A stretch of 56,425 nt of DNA from Lentimicrobiaceae bacterium (GCA_041670625.1 JBAXYX010000001.1:1-56425), one strand, 5' to 3'. Positions 1-10,543 are shown, counted from the stretch's first letter. Notes: a model not told the origin generated them from the letters alone. Translations and numbers: made by a program.

Positions 1-120
1 CAGTTGATTATGCCAATTTGAGAAGAGGGGGGTCACTTTAAATATTTAAATAATCACAGTTGATTATGAGCATTTTAGCTCAATAAAATCGATCTTTTTA
101 TATTTAGTCGGACAGTAGTG
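1..120 (+). mobile_element. 3' end of a probable IS4-family insertion sequence (partial at window edge)
   Basis: Ends in ttagtcggacagtagtg (104-120). Its reverse complement cactactgtccgactaa shares the ctgtccg core with the TIR at 13217. Frame +1 reads QLIMPI* (1-21), followed by gaagaggggggtcacttt, which resembles the post-stop gaggggcttacttt of the IS4 element near 13300. Permease homology stops at 120/121. Confidence 0.7.
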
Positions 121-1133
121 ATACCATATATCTGTTGCATCATATCGGAAATCATGGCAAGGTCGGGTTGTATTTCCTTCCAGCTCATCACTTCTAAACC
201 AGGGAAAGCCTCCCTGAGCTGTAGGGTCATGACATTGGTTATTTCATTGTTATCAAGCCTGATAATAATCCGGTGGAACACACCTTCTTTTAAACCGGTC
301 AGTTCCCTGAGTTCACTGGCAGGGACAAATACCGAAGAAACTTCAAACAAGTCATTATTGGTGCGGTAGATACCACACACGCGGAATGCTGCCCCCGTTT
401 GCATTTCATTAATGTCAAGGAAGGTGAGTATGAATTTGGAACCCTCTCTGAACGACCATGCCGCTTCTTTGATCTTCAGACCGTACTTTTTAATTTCAGA
501 TGGATCAAGCAGTCCTTCTATAGTCTTAGTGAACTTCTTGTCAGAAATGAACCGTTTTCCGGTAATAGGTTCCAGTTTGCGGGTAACTGTAACCGGTACT
601 TTTTCCTTAGCAAGGATGATGAAGTCATCAGGAGTCAGTACATACCTGATAATATTCAACTCTTTAGCTAGTTTTTCGCCTATAAAAGCTGTATTGAATT
701 TAGTATCAGACTCAAAGTAAGTACCGGTACCCGGTATTAGTTTGTCAGACAAGGTGAACATTTGTTTTTCCTTTTTAACATCAATACCCGTTATCTCCAC
801 ACCAGTACTTTTAACAGCGGTAGAAGCTATTCCTCTTACAATCAATCGTCCGGTAACGGATTCCACTCCGTTAACTGAATTCAGTAGACCAACTACAGAG
901 TCATAGTTAAGAATGGTATCCTGAATGTTGCCGGTGCTTCTGAAATCCTTATTGTTAATCTGAATGTGCGAGAGTTCCTGATTAACGGCTGCATCGATCC
1001 TTTGAACAACAGAGCTATTCATGGCCGCAATAGAAAACACTCCTGCAAAAACGCCTACCGCCACAGCCGATATGACAGTAAGACTCCTTGATTTATTTCG
1101 CCAGACATTTTTCCAGGCTATGGCTGTTATCAT
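75..1133 (-). pseudogene. LolC/E-FtsX-type ABC permease, 3'-truncated by IS insertion
   Basis: Has the AWKNVWRNKSRS N-terminus, TM1 and periplasmic domain to SWKEIQPDLA, but lacks the three C-terminal TM helices of the adjacent paralog. The tail TTVRLNIKRSILLS is read from the IS end. Confidence 0.8.
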
Positions 1134-1143
1134 AACAAAGGAT

Positions 1144-2559
1144 TTATGCCCTAAGGGCGTTTACAATCTTAAGGCGGAAAATTCTTCGATTACTATATAT
1201 GATGGTAATGGCCAGGATTATGACGACCACTAGTATCTGCCACAGATAATAACGATCAGGTAGCATGGTAGGCATAACAGGATCAAACCCAAAGTCTTCA
1301 TACATTTTAGCCCAGGAGCCAGTAAATCTTACAGGATGAAAATGGCCATAAAAAACCACAGGCAGGGATACCAACACTCCGGCGGCTATTCCGAGGCAGC
1401 CTGTCATAATCAGTTCGAGCGACATCACTGTGGCAAGCCTTCTTTTTTGCATACCGATGGCAACGAGCACACCGAATTCCCTCCGCCTTTCGGCAAGCAT
1501 CATCAGTACAGTTCCGAATACCCCGAAAGCTATCACAAGGTAAAGAATCCAAATCATAATGGCTCCGCTCCTGCTGTCAGCCTCCATCTGGTTAATAAGT
1601 AGTGCATTGAGTTCATGCCATGTACGAACAACATACTGTTCGGGCATCTTTTTATTTAACCTTTGTGCGGTCAACAACATGTTATCATCATCATTATTAT
1701 GAAGACTAATCACGGCTGATGTAGCTATTTCACTTGCCCCATACAGTTGTCGCGCTGCCTCAATGGGCATATAAACGATTCTGTTATCAATGTCAGGGGC
1801 AGGTACCCGGATGATTCCTTTTACGCAATATTTACCTGCTGCACTCATACCATGATAACCCTGCCCCATAATTACGATGGTATCACCAATACCGATACGG
1901 AGGTAATCAGCCAGCCCGTCGCCCAGCAGAACGCTGTTCAGTTTATCATGAGAAAAGAATCCGTTTTTAAAGGAAGCATGCCGACGTACCAAAGGAAGAA
2001 TAGTCAAAGAATCCTTTGCATCTATTGCCAGGTCAGCCATCAAACGACCGACACCTGTATAAGATTCATTGATAAAAGCATCAAGCAGTTTTTTAGTTCG
2101 GTTGGGAATAGGTTCGTTTTTAAGACCCTTGACAGCTTCCTCTGTCAGTTTGAATTTCACCAATCTGCCTTTAATGCCTGATACCTTGTCTTCTCCTTCA
2201 GGATCAATACCCATTACCATAACTCCCTGAGTAAGACTACCTGCAGCAACCAGTGCAAAAGATTCAAGCCTCTGCACGATGGCAATCACATTTGGATCAG
2301 CCTGTATCTTTATAATGAGTGAAGGTATGAACTCGAAACTGTTATCAAGAATGGGATCATCAAAATAATCTGTATTCTGCAACTGCAGATAACCGGTGTA
2401 AGATTCTATCACGTTTTTAAACAGCCTGTCGTATGTACCAAGCTGAAACGACCGCATGACCAGTGCAAAAAACATGGCAAAAAATACAGAAGCAGCTGTA
2501 ATGAAAGTCCTTCTTTTATTACGCCACAGGTTTCTCCAAGCCAGCTTTAGATCTATCAT
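1144..2559 (-). CDS. LolC/E-FtsX-type ABC transporter permease
   Basis: AWRNLWRNKRRT start, ERRREFGVLVAIG FtsX motif, four-TM layout. Confidence 0.9.
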   Translation of the reverse strand: MIDLKLAWRNLWRNKRRTFITAASVFFAMFFALVMRSFQLGTYDRLFKNVIESYTGYLQLQNTDYFDDPILDNSFEFIPSLIIKIQADPNVIAIVQRLESFALVAAGSLTQGVMVMGIDPEGEDKVSGIKGRLVKFKLTEEAVKGLKNEPIPNRTKKLLDAFINESYTGVGRLMADLAIDAKDSLTILPLVRRHASFKNGFFSHDKLNSVLLGDGLADYLRIGIGDTIVIMGQGYHGMSAAGKYCVKGIIRVPAPDIDNRIVYMPIEAARQLYGASEIATSAVISLHNNDDDNMLLTAQRLNKKMPEQYVVRTWHELNALLINQMEADSRSGAIMIWILYLVIAFGVFGTVLMMLAERRREFGVLVAIGMQKRRLATVMSLELIMTGCLGIAAGVLVSLPVVFYGHFHPVRFTGSWAKMYEDFGFDPVMPTMLPDRYYLWQILVVVIILAITIIYSNRRIFRLKIVNALRA

Positions 2560-2647
2560 TAGTTTATCGTTTCGATATTGATTAATAAACTGTGCTTCCT
2601 TACAATAGTATTAAGTTGTGCTCATTATTACTTTATGCACCCATAAC

Positions 2648-3448
2648 TTATCGGACTCGCTTCATATTTTGTTGTGAGAAGTAACTGTCAGACAGTTCTA
2701 TATTGAATTTCATCTCATTGATTTTCACGACGGTCTTTTGATCAGGATCTTCAGCAGGGATAATTTCCAGGATAGTCGGTAGTAGCCTGCCACCCATCAT
2801 TTTGACCTCTTTACCATTTTCTGTCCGAACCAGGATACCGTCCTCATCATACAATTCTGCTTTGAGGACGATAAAATCATTTTTATCGACCCACCACAAT
2901 TGGTGTCCCCACAGAACGTCAGCATCTTCGCGTGCGTTGAGCCTGATTTTATAACACCTGTGATCACCGATTATCTCCTCACCCAAGAGGGAATGGGTAT
3001 AGTCATTCACGACCGACGACTCTTTAAGGATATCATCATTGGTATAATCTGAACCCATCCAGCCTTGCGACATCATAGAGGGTGGCAGTTTAATCAGTTG
3101 ACTGATGGCAGGGTTCCAACTCCACATCTCACTCTCACGCTTCAGGAACGACTGTCCCTTTTCACGTGCCGGGGCGGTAATCAGTGTCAGTGAATTAGTA
3201 GTTCCTTTAGACCAGGACTTGAATTCGATAGTACGCTGCCATTTAAGTCTGATGATAGTCATCGTCATTACCGAATAAGAAGACTTTTCTCCCCTGAATT
3301 TCTCATCAGCTTTTCGTACGATGTCAATAGCCTTCAAGGACTGTGCATATAATCCGCAGGAAGTACCCGCTAAAACAATTATTAACAGTATGCCTCTGAG
3401 GAAGATCGATAAATTCATAAACCTATTCATGCTAAGTTTATAATACAT
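2648..3448 (-). CDS. outer membrane lipoprotein-sorting (LolA-like) protein
   Basis: Signal peptide and SMMSQGWMGSDYTNDD motif; same strand as the two permeases. Confidence 0.85.
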   Translation of the reverse strand: MYYKLSMNRFMNLSIFLRGILLIIVLAGTSCGLYAQSLKAIDIVRKADEKFRGEKSSYSVMTMTIIRLKWQRTIEFKSWSKGTTNSLTLITAPAREKGQSFLKRESEMWSWNPAISQLIKLPPSMMSQGWMGSDYTNDDILKESSVVNDYTHSLLGEEIIGDHRCYKIRLNAREDADVLWGHQLWWVDKNDFIVLKAELYDEDGILVRTENGKEVKMMGGRLLPTILEIIPAEDPDQKTVVKINEMKFNIELSDSYFSQQNMKRVR

Positions 3449-3592
3449 AACTGGTTTGTACTACATTTCTACTGTAAAGATAATACAGTAAAAACAATTT
3501 CCAAAACAAGTCGAAGAAAACAGGATTACAGTGTCGTCATACAACATAAACGAGTCAGAAAGATAAAATGAGCAGACTGAGTTGATTTTATC

Positions 3593-3600
3593 TAATTTTG
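3593..3600 (+). promoter_or_regulatory. Bacteroidota sigma-A -7 element TAATTTTG
   Basis: Matches TAnnTTTG, 18 nt upstream of the ATG at 3619. Confidence 0.55.
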
Positions 3601-3618
3601 CAGCCTGATTAAGTCGAA

Positions 3619-3948
3619 ATGAGAACTATAGTATTACTGATCTGCTCCAATGTCTTTATGACTTTTGCATGGTACGGACACTTGAAATTTAAAGATGTTG
3701 CCCTTTGGAAAGTCACCCTGGTAAGTTGGTTCATTGCTCTTTTTGAGTATATACTGATGGTACCTGCCAACAGAATAGGCAGCGAAACATTCAGTGTGGG
3801 CCAGTTAAAGACCATACAGGAAGCTATTACTCTGACTGTATTTGCCTGCTTTTCCTTCTTCTTTCTGAAAGAGCCATTAAAGTGGAACTACTTCGCCGGT
3901 TTTGGATGTATTGTGCTGGCGGTTTTCTTTATCTTTAAGAAATGGTAA
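3619..3948 (+). CDS. DMT superfamily small membrane protein (DUF486/DMT_6-like)
   Basis: SNVFMTFAWYGHLK and QLKTIQEAITL motifs; four hydrophobic segments. Confidence 0.9.
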   Translation: MRTIVLLICSNVFMTFAWYGHLKFKDVALWKVTLVSWFIALFEYILMVPANRIGSETFSVGQLKTIQEAITLTVFACFSFFFLKEPLKWNYFAGFGCIVLAVFFIFKKW

Positions 3949-3951
3949 ATC

Positions 3952-6381
3952 TTAAAACTCTACAATAATACCGATGGATGGTAAAACATTGCCAGATGTA
4001 CCGGGCACCTCTTTAATGAGGTAACGCGACGAATCTCCGACAACTATTAACTTATCACCGTTCTGATCTTTTTGAACTACCAGGAAAGATGGTTGTTCCG
4101 AATGGAAATTATAGACGTTTTGTATATCGACATATAGGGTTAACGACCACCGATTGAAAAAATACTGTTTATCAATACGCAAATCCAACTGATGAAAATT
4201 TCCCAGGCGCTCCGTATTATACCGACTATAATCAAGGTATCCTTTAGGCTGCATGTTCCAGGCTTCGATTAAGGAGGAACGGTAAAGATCATAGGGGGTA
4301 TAGGGAGATCCGCCTACAAACCTCCATTTAATCCCGGTATCCCAGTTCTTGTTGAACTCACGCGAAAGAGTGATATTGAGTATATGACGGTTATCCCATG
4401 AGGAAGGCATAAAATTACCGTCACTATTTTTGAATTCACTTCTGACAAAAGTATAAGAGGCTATAACATCTAAAGCCCCCATGATCTTTTCACGAATATA
4501 GGTCTCAAAACCAAATGCCTTGCCTTTCCCCGTTGATGTAACCTCTTCGTTACCGAAGATACCGTATTCGCCTCCCTTATTGGCAAGAGATATAGAATCA
4601 GTAACGGATACAGGATAATTGGAGTACCATTTGTAAAAGCCCTCCATGGTTATTTTTGAACTTTGAGTACGACAGTATTCCAATCCCAGTACAAAATGGT
4701 CGGAATGAATGAATTTCAGGTTATTTGCCTTGTTTACAAAATCACCATCATTATTGCGGAAGCCTAAAGTGGTGTAGGCAGGTTGCTGAATATAGCGGCC
4801 GGTGTTCATGTTTACAAAGAACTTATTAGTTATGCCATAAGCCATTGAGAACCTTGGCGACCAGTTAGTAAGCATTTTCATGAACTCTTTGGAATAATTG
4901 TTAGCATCAGTGCGCAGGCCTGCCGAAACAACCAGTCGGTCGTTTTTAAAGCCCCTGCTTATCTGTGCAAAGGCATTCCATTTAAAAAGATCCATATTGG
5001 TCATAAAGCTCAATGACCTGAGGGTATCCTCAGCAAGGGGTATAAAGACCTGCTGATAGGAATTGGTAATATACCTGGAATACTCTGCCCCAGCTCCTAG
5101 TATCACCTTGTAATCATTAAAACGTGCCGTGTTTTCAAACCTTAACTTATTTTCAATCTCCTGTGATACAAATTTTTGAATAAAGGGTCTGCTCTCGTCA
5201 TTACTTTCATGCTTATAGAATTCATTATTGAGCATGTTCCTGCTATAAACCCAAGTATCGTAAGAGTTTTGACGGTAATGCTTATACACGGCACCCATGG
5301 CATAATTCCATTGCTCGAAAACCGGCAGGTAGTTCAAGAGGTATTGCTGGTATTCATCAGGATTCTTTAAATTTGTATTAAGTTTAAACTGGTCAATGGC
5401 GCCTATTCCAAGGATTGTCAACTCATTCTTTTGGTTGAAAAAGGTTTTTACCTTGAACTGGAAATCATTATATGTGGGTAAGAATGGTAAGCCGATAATA
5501 TCAAAAAGAAATTTGAGATAGGATCGTCGAGCCGAAAACAGGAAGGTAGTCCTTTTAGATAACGGTCCATTCAAGGCAAGTGACAGGTCGGTTGCCCCGA
5601 TAGCCCCTTTTGTGATCAGCTTTTCCTTGTTGCCATCAATCTGCTTCATTTCAAGAATGGAACTTAAAGTGTTTCCCCTATTGACAGGGAAAGCACCCGA
5701 ATAGAAATCAACTTCCCTGATAAAGTCAATGTTTATCATTCCCACAGGACCACCGGAGGCACCCTGTGTAGAAAAGTGGTTCAGGTTGGGTATCTCCATA
5801 CCATCCAAATAAAATCGGTTTTCACTAGGTCCACCACCCCTCACGATGACATCATTCCTAAAGGAAACTGCTGAAGCAACACCTGGCAATGCCTGTATTA
5901 CCCTGCTTACATCACGATTGCCACCAGGGTTTCTTTCCATGTCCCTGATACTCAGCGTACGCATTGACACGGGGCTTTCTTCTGTTTTCCTGTAAGGGGA
6001 TGCCTTTACTTCAAACTGCTCCAGTTCAATACTGGTTTTAATGAGAGGAATATCAATAAACGCCGTTTTAGAGTTGGTTACCATAATTTCAGCACTGACA
6101 TACTTATGATAGCCTACCGAAGAAGCTACAATTCTAACAAAACCTGGATTAATACTTGTGAAGATAAAATTACCGTCCAGATCAGATGTAACACCTACAG
6201 AGGTTCCGAATATTATCAGGTTCGTGAACGGCAGTGGTTCATTGCTGCTTACATCATATACACGTCCCTTAATGGCCCCACGTTGCCCGTATGTACTGGT
6301 AACCAGCAGAATCAGTAATCCAGTAAGATATATGATAAAATATTTTGTGATGATGGTTGGCCTAATAGTAAAAAACATCAT
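3952..6381 (-). CDS. TonB-dependent receptor with N-terminal carboxypeptidase-regulatory-like domain
   Basis: IKGRVYD..EPLPF N-domain, plug motif IVRGGGPSENRFYLDG, C-terminal Phe. Confidence 0.9.
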   Translation of the reverse strand: MMFFTIRPTIITKYFIIYLTGLLILLVTSTYGQRGAIKGRVYDVSSNEPLPFTNLIIFGTSVGVTSDLDGNFIFTSINPGFVRIVASSVGYHKYVSAEIMVTNSKTAFIDIPLIKTSIELEQFEVKASPYRKTEESPVSMRTLSIRDMERNPGGNRDVSRVIQALPGVASAVSFRNDVIVRGGGPSENRFYLDGMEIPNLNHFSTQGASGGPVGMINIDFIREVDFYSGAFPVNRGNTLSSILEMKQIDGNKEKLITKGAIGATDLSLALNGPLSKRTTFLFSARRSYLKFLFDIIGLPFLPTYNDFQFKVKTFFNQKNELTILGIGAIDQFKLNTNLKNPDEYQQYLLNYLPVFEQWNYAMGAVYKHYRQNSYDTWVYSRNMLNNEFYKHESNDESRPFIQKFVSQEIENKLRFENTARFNDYKVILGAGAEYSRYITNSYQQVFIPLAEDTLRSLSFMTNMDLFKWNAFAQISRGFKNDRLVVSAGLRTDANNYSKEFMKMLTNWSPRFSMAYGITNKFFVNMNTGRYIQQPAYTTLGFRNNDGDFVNKANNLKFIHSDHFVLGLEYCRTQSSKITMEGFYKWYSNYPVSVTDSISLANKGGEYGIFGNEEVTSTGKGKAFGFETYIREKIMGALDVIASYTFVRSEFKNSDGNFMPSSWDNRHILNITLSREFNKNWDTGIKWRFVGGSPYTPYDLYRSSLIEAWNMQPKGYLDYSRYNTERLGNFHQLDLRIDKQYFFNRWSLTLYVDIQNVYNFHSEQPSFLVVQKDQNGDKLIVVGDSSRYLIKEVPGTSGNVLPSIGIIVEF

Positions 6382-6463
6382 ACTGCTTTATATGTGTAAG
6401 AAACCATCAAACAAAAAATGAGCAGCATGGTTCAATCATGATGAAATTTAATAATGGGTTCCA

Positions 6464-7540
6464 TCAGGAGTTCAAATCCTGTATAATGTCCCTGACATTT
6501 TCATCTAATGTACCTGATAACCATTTGATGGGCACACCTCTCTTTTCCATCCGTCTGAACCAGGTCATCTGCCGTTTGGCGAACTGATGAATGGCAGTAT
6601 TCAGGCTTGCGAACATTTCTTTATAGTTAAGTTTACCTGTAAGATACAGTGTGATATATTTATATTCCAGCCCGTAATATATCAGTTTTTCACATTCAAC
6701 TCCCTGATCAAGCAACATTTGCACCTCCTCAATAAGTCCAACCTTCAATCTCATGTCAAGGCGCGCAGTGATACGGCTCCTGATTTCCTGCCGCGAGAGT
6801 TCAATACCGAAAATGTGATCTGTTACAGGAGGATTATCATATGCAGTACTTTTATGACTTGTATCTGTAAGGTTGTCATGACCAAAAATTTGCCGACCTG
6901 TGTCAGTATGGTTTTCATATTCTGATCTTTGTGCTGATGAAAGATTTTCAGCCCTGGCAATTTCCAATGCCCTGATCAGGCGTCCCCGGTCAGTGAAATC
7001 AGTGGTATTGTGAACTTTCTTTAACAGCCTCAACTGCCTGATTAGTTCTTCGGTAGAGACGGATTGGGCGTATGCACGGAAATCCTTATCCTCATTGACT
7101 TGTTGCAGATTATAAAGCCCGAGTGCACTCTCAAGGTACATCCCGCTTCCCCCGCATACAATGGGTATTTTGTTTCTATTGATGATGTCTCTGTATGCTG
7201 AATCAAAATCCTTTCTGTATTGGAACAAACTGTATTTTTCACCAGCATCAGCAATATCAATGAGGTGTGACCTGATGGCACGACCATTCACAATATAGTC
7301 GTCCTTATCTTTTCCTGTACCTAAATCCATACCTCTGTATACCTGGCGGGAATCGGCTGAAATGATCTCCCCCTTAACCCGGTCGGCCAGCAAAACTGCC
7401 AGACGAGTTTTACCAGTTGCTGTAGCTCCCAAAATCACGATCATAGGACTTTTTTTCATACTGCCGGCATTATTCATGCTGTCTGGAATATTCGTCATGC
7501 TGAATGGGAAATTTGACCTATTGTCTGAATTATTTGTCAT
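6464..7540 (-). CDS. miaA: tRNA dimethylallyltransferase (true start may be downstream, about 7459)
   Basis: GATATGKT P-loop, IISADSRQVYRGMDLGTGK, FAKRQMTWFR. Confidence 0.92.
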   Translation of the reverse strand: MTNNSDNRSNFPFSMTNIPDSMNNAGSMKKSPMIVILGATATGKTRLAVLLADRVKGEIISADSRQVYRGMDLGTGKDKDDYIVNGRAIRSHLIDIADAGEKYSLFQYRKDFDSAYRDIINRNKIPIVCGGSGMYLESALGLYNLQQVNEDKDFRAYAQSVSTEELIRQLRLLKKVHNTTDFTDRGRLIRALEIARAENLSSAQRSEYENHTDTGRQIFGHDNLTDTSHKSTAYDNPPVTDHIFGIELSRQEIRSRITARLDMRLKVGLIEEVQMLLDQGVECEKLIYYGLEYKYITLYLTGKLNYKEMFASLNTAIHQFAKRQMTWFRRMEKRGVPIKWLSGTLDENVRDIIQDLNS

Positions 7541-8745
7541 GCAGTCTGGTATTTTTGCTGTAATTGTCGTTCAATAACAAACATAAAATCCCTAACTAAG
7601 TTGAGCGTGGCAACCGTATCTTCCTTAAAATTCAATTTTTCAAGTAGTTCGGATATTCTTTTCTCAGGATAAAAATTTTCAATCATGAAGCTGGCAAGTT
7701 TACCCTCTGCCGAAACAGTATGATCTTTATCGGATATTTTAAGAAACTGTAGTATCCGTAATGCATCAATCTTTTGAGTTGCTGCCTTTCCGAATTGAAC
7801 GGTATTAGTACAATTTTGACGAAGCGGTTCCCATATGGAAGCTGTTGCACCTTCTTCCATTAAACAAGCATCCATAGGGGTTGGAATATCCTTTGTGTAC
7901 AGCCGGTCAAATAGGTCGAATGTAGTTTTCACTTGTCGGAAAAGAGACTGATCATATATTGGGTAACTAGACCAATCACCGGTTCTTCCTTTAATCATGG
8001 CAGGCCCGGTACCAAAATAAACTCTGTTGGAGAACCTGGATGCCGGGTATATGGTCTCTTCATTATCAATGATAATCGGGCCCAACTTACGCAGTTTTTG
8101 TATGAAGTAAAAATCTTCACCGCTCATCTTTGGTGTCAAGCCCCTTATTTTACGATATATTCTGGCTTTGCAGGCCATACCTGAACCAATTGCCGAAAAG
8201 CAGTAAGGATTTCTAATCAGAAGCATATTCAGAGAATAGTTACGCATATAAATCTCGTACCTCAAAATACAACGGTCTGCAGTTTCATCACCGGTTAACA
8301 AATGGTAGTATGGAGAAGAAAACCCAACAGCCTGCGGATTGCGATCGAAAGAATCTATCACTGATTTAAAGTACCGGGGCGGATAATAAGTATCAGCATC
8401 TACGCTCAAGATAATATCTTCATCTTCGGCCATTTCATTTGCGATGTCCATTGCAGTCTTACGAGCCCATCCGACCCCATGCTTCTTCCCGATCCATCCG
8501 TTACCGGGGCTACATTTATCAATGCATGTAATTCCCGGGCTGTGGAGTGATGATAAATATTCAAGGGTTTCCAGATTATTCATGCAGGCTTCCTGCTTAT
8601 CTGTCATTCCCCACCATTCAGAAGGTTGATTCACACATATTACCAAGCCAGTTTTTACGCCCTCTTGGTTAAGCAATTCATCAATTACCCTTTTAATATG
8701 TTCTGGTTCATTTAATACAGGTAATGCTGCATAGACTTTGGTCAT
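7537..8745 (-). CDS. glycosyltransferase family 2-like protein
   Basis: GVGWARK, DxD motif (SVDADT), GEDFYF motif. Confidence 0.75.
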   Translation of the reverse strand: MTKVYAALPVLNEPEHIKRVIDELLNQEGVKTGLVICVNQPSEWWGMTDKQEACMNNLETLEYLSSLHSPGITCIDKCSPGNGWIGKKHGVGWARKTAMDIANEMAEDEDIILSVDADTYYPPRYFKSVIDSFDRNPQAVGFSSPYYHLLTGDETADRCILRYEIYMRNYSLNMLLIRNPYCFSAIGSGMACKARIYRKIRGLTPKMSGEDFYFIQKLRKLGPIIIDNEETIYPASRFSNRVYFGTGPAMIKGRTGDWSSYPIYDQSLFRQVKTTFDLFDRLYTKDIPTPMDACLMEEGATASIWEPLRQNCTNTVQFGKAATQKIDALRILQFLKISDKDHTVSAEGKLASFMIENFYPEKRISELLEKLNFKEDTVATLNLVRDFMFVIERQLQQKYQTA

Positions 8746-8759
8746 GCTTTCGATAGTCT

Positions 8760-9416
8760 TTATTGTGATTTATCACCTAATAATGGAACAAATCTGAAAA
8801 AACCGTGCTGAGTAATCTCAACAGAATCATCCGAATTCTTTGTGACTAGAGTCATTATCTGGTAATCATTATCATCAACAGGGATAACCATCTTTCCTCC
8901 CGATTTTAATTGATCAATAAGTTTTTGGGGAATGTAAGGTGCTCCTGCTGTTACTAAAATTCTGTCAAATGGCGCAAAAGCAGGCAATCCATTATAACCG
9001 TCACCAAAGTGTACTTTTACGATACATCCTATTTTAGGTAGCATTTCTTTTGCTTTGACATACAAAGAGCGCTGCCGTTCAATAGAATGTACTTTACCTC
9101 CCAGATGGAAAAGGATACCAGCCTGGTAACCTGAACCTGTTCCTACTTCCAGTATTTTATCACCCTTTCTGACATCCAGGAGCTGCGTTTGAAAGGCAAC
9201 AGTGTATGGTTGTGAAATAGTCTGCCCTGCGCCTATTGGAAAAGCATTGTCTTCATAAGCAAATTCAAGGAACCCCGAGTCAAAGAAAAAATGCCGTGGT
9301 AAAGTTTCCATAGCTTTGAGAACTCTCTCATCTGTAATACCTTTGGCTCTTATCACTTCAATGAGTTTTTTTCGTAGCCCTTTGTGCCTAAAAGTATCAG
9401 TAAGATTTGTAGTCAT
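8760..9416 (-). CDS. pcm: protein-L-isoaspartate O-methyltransferase
   Basis: GQTISQPYTVA, LEVGTGSGYQA, FDRILVTAGA, FRFVPL. Confidence 0.95.
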   Translation of the reverse strand: MTTNLTDTFRHKGLRKKLIEVIRAKGITDERVLKAMETLPRHFFFDSGFLEFAYEDNAFPIGAGQTISQPYTVAFQTQLLDVRKGDKILEVGTGSGYQAGILFHLGGKVHSIERQRSLYVKAKEMLPKIGCIVKVHFGDGYNGLPAFAPFDRILVTAGAPYIPQKLIDQLKSGGKMVIPVDDNDYQIMTLVTKNSDDSVEITQHGFFRFVPLLGDKSQ

Positions 9417-9498
9417 TATGAAAAGTAAATTTATAATTTGCTGCTAAATTACTAATTTCGCCCTGTAGAAAAACAACCAAAACCTAAAAACGCTTGTT

Positions 9499-10485
9499 AT
9501 GCTAAAAATTGGTGTTGTTGGAGCTGGCCACCTAGGCAAGATTCACATTCGATGTATAAAACAAATTACGGAATATCAGTTGATTGGCTTCTTTGATACT
9601 GACCCTGAAAATGCAAAAAATGTGTCGGAGGAATTCGGGATTCCCTGTTACACAGGGATTGAAGAACTGATAGATGCAACTGATGTTATTGACATCGTAA
9701 CACCAACCCTTTCACATTTTAATTGCGCTTCCACAGCACTCAAGAAATTCCGTCATGTATTTATAGAAAAACCTGTCGTTACTACACCGGAAGAAGCAAT
9801 AGAACTAATACAGATAGCTGAAGAAGCCAATGTAAAGGTACAGGTAGGTCATGTGGAACGCTTTAATCCTGCTTTTGTAGCAGCTTCAAGCCATATACAT
9901 AACCCGCTATTTATTGAAACACACCGTTTATCTCAATTTAATCCCCGTGGTACTGATGTTCCGGTAATACTCGACCTGATGATCCACGATTTGGATATTG
10001 TATTAAGTGTGGTTAAATCAGGCATACATAAAATCGCTGCCAGTGGCGCAGCTATTGTGAGTGATACTCCTGATATAGCAAATGCACGAATCCAGTTTGA
10101 CAATGGTTGTGTTGCCAATCTGACAGCAAGCCGTATTTCATTGAAGAATATGCGTAAATCGCGTTTCTTTCAACGGGATGCTTATATTTCAGTTGACTTT
10201 TTGAATCAAAAAACTGAAATAATAAAAATGAATGAAAATATAGATATACAAGATCCTTTTGCCATGATTCTCGATTTGGGTGCCAATAAAAAACCCAAAC
10301 AAATTACAGTGAGCAAACCTGAGATAATACCCTCAAATGCTATATTGACTGAACTGAAGAGCTTTGCAGATGCCATTATTTATAATACTATACCTCCTGT
10401 AACCATCAATGACGGTGTAAATGCTCTCGATCTGGCTTACCGGATTATTGATAAAATGAACTCCTCCGCAAACCTGATTTTGTAA
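9499..10485 (+). CDS. Gfo/Idh/MocA family NAD-dependent oxidoreductase (GnnA-like)
   Basis: GAGHLG Rossmann motif, FIEKP, VGHVERFNPA, DLMIHDLD. Confidence 0.9.
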   Translation: MLKIGVVGAGHLGKIHIRCIKQITEYQLIGFFDTDPENAKNVSEEFGIPCYTGIEELIDATDVIDIVTPTLSHFNCASTALKKFRHVFIEKPVVTTPEEAIELIQIAEEANVKVQVGHVERFNPAFVAASSHIHNPLFIETHRLSQFNPRGTDVPVILDLMIHDLDIVLSVVKSGIHKIAASGAAIVSDTPDIANARIQFDNGCVANLTASRISLKNMRKSRFFQRDAYISVDFLNQKTEIIKMNENIDIQDPFAMILDLGANKKPKQITVSKPEIIPSNAILTELKSFADAIIYNTIPPVTINDGVNALDLAYRIIDKMNSSANLIL

Positions 10486-10543
10486 ATTTCCTCTTGTTGA
10501 TAAATTTTATCAAAGCTTAAGCAATAAAAAAATATTAAAGCCG

